Below, piece by piece: positions 63,794 through 64,000 of a DNA stretch of 64,000 nucleotides (within the stretch, counting starts at the first letter, position 1; every line of letters starts with the position of its first letter). The stretch comes from an uncultured Bacteroidales bacterium (GTDB lineage Bacteria > Bacteroidota > Bacteroidia > Bacteroidales > JAGOPY01). Position numbers and translations under genes: made by a program. The notes beneath the pieces are model-generated. The model was given only the letters and a program-made list of their open reading frames with translations. It searched no databases and had not been told where the DNA came from. The DNA is taken from NCBI GenBank assembly GCA_964447005.1, contig CAYUQP010000006.1, positions 13,640 to 77,639 on the forward strand, given 5' to 3'.

Positions 63794-64000
63794 TTATGAG
63801 ACTCCTGAGCCCTCATATTTCTGTAAAAATTCCTCAAGCAGCTCATTGATTGTATTTCTCCGGCTGATGTGCCCGATTTCTTTTTCCATGCCTTCAGCCC
63901 GAAGGATATCACGAACCCGTCCCAGAGCATCGACAATACGAAATACTATACCTTTTTTTTCCAGATCTTCCTCCATCTGAACCAGAAACCTGGCGCCGGA
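63794..64000 (-). CDS. C-terminal STAS domain of a SulP-family anion transporter (5' part outside window)
   Basis: Frame is open to the window edge (SGARFLVQMEEDLEKKGIVFRIVDALGRVRDILRAEG...). Confidence 0.55.
   Translation of the reverse strand, partial: SGARFLVQMEEDLEKKGIVFRIVDALGRVRDILRAEGMEKEIGHISRRNTINELLEEFLQKYEGSGVS

Overview
The window looks like a Bacteroidota contig, based on T9SS C-terminal sorting domains, a Bacteroidetes-type tyrosine integrase, many lipoprotein signal peptides and A-rich, SD-poor start contexts. It has two parts that differ in composition by eye. PART 1 (1 to ~32,614) is AT-richer and accessory in character. It holds a truncated AlbA_2/HATPase_c_4-type regulator and a methylase remnant, followed by a large heavy-metal block. 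That block contains a Fur-family regulator, a CzcA-type RND pump fused to its TolC-like factor, a CzcB adaptor, a PII-like protein, a Zn/Cd-type P1B ATPase, several small Cys/His/Met-rich proteins (GDCCVxC, HYC_CC_PP, HMBD), a second CusA/TolC/CusB-like RND system, and a T9SS-tagged multicopper oxidase broken by one in-frame TAG. A mobility/defence block follows: an ArdC-N-like ssDNA-binding protein with an SSB-type tail, an XRE+HNH pair, an orphan AAA_21 ATPase, AbiEi/AbiEii, a tyrosine integrase and a 44-nt 3' fragment of tRNA-Pro(GGG) that probably marks the island end. PART 2 (~32,650 to 64,000) is GC-richer and core-like. It encodes OsmC, archaemetzincin and a sigma-54 two-component system whose kinase has c-type haem motifs. 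That system sits next to a sigma-54-promoted operon encoding an orphan HybA/HybB (NrfC/NrfD)-like module bracketed by two membrane-tethered GcvH-fold proteins, which I consider the best candidate for an undescribed system. Part 2 also holds a YpfJ metallopeptidase, YegP, DUF937, a cysteate/threonine-synthase-like enzyme, two tandem lipoprotein serpins, a tetrahaem cytochrome c, a TrmH-family methyltransferase and MutS. It ends with a tandemly duplicated three-gene cassette (tail-fibre-like Gly-rich protein, Pro/Glu-rich secreted protein, BNR/sortilin-like beta-propeller protein) and a truncated SulP STAS domain. Phased heptamer arrays sit immediately 3' of stop codons in both parts. No rRNA genes, intact tRNA genes or CRISPR arrays were seen. 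All functional calls come from motif recognition by eye; no searches were run.
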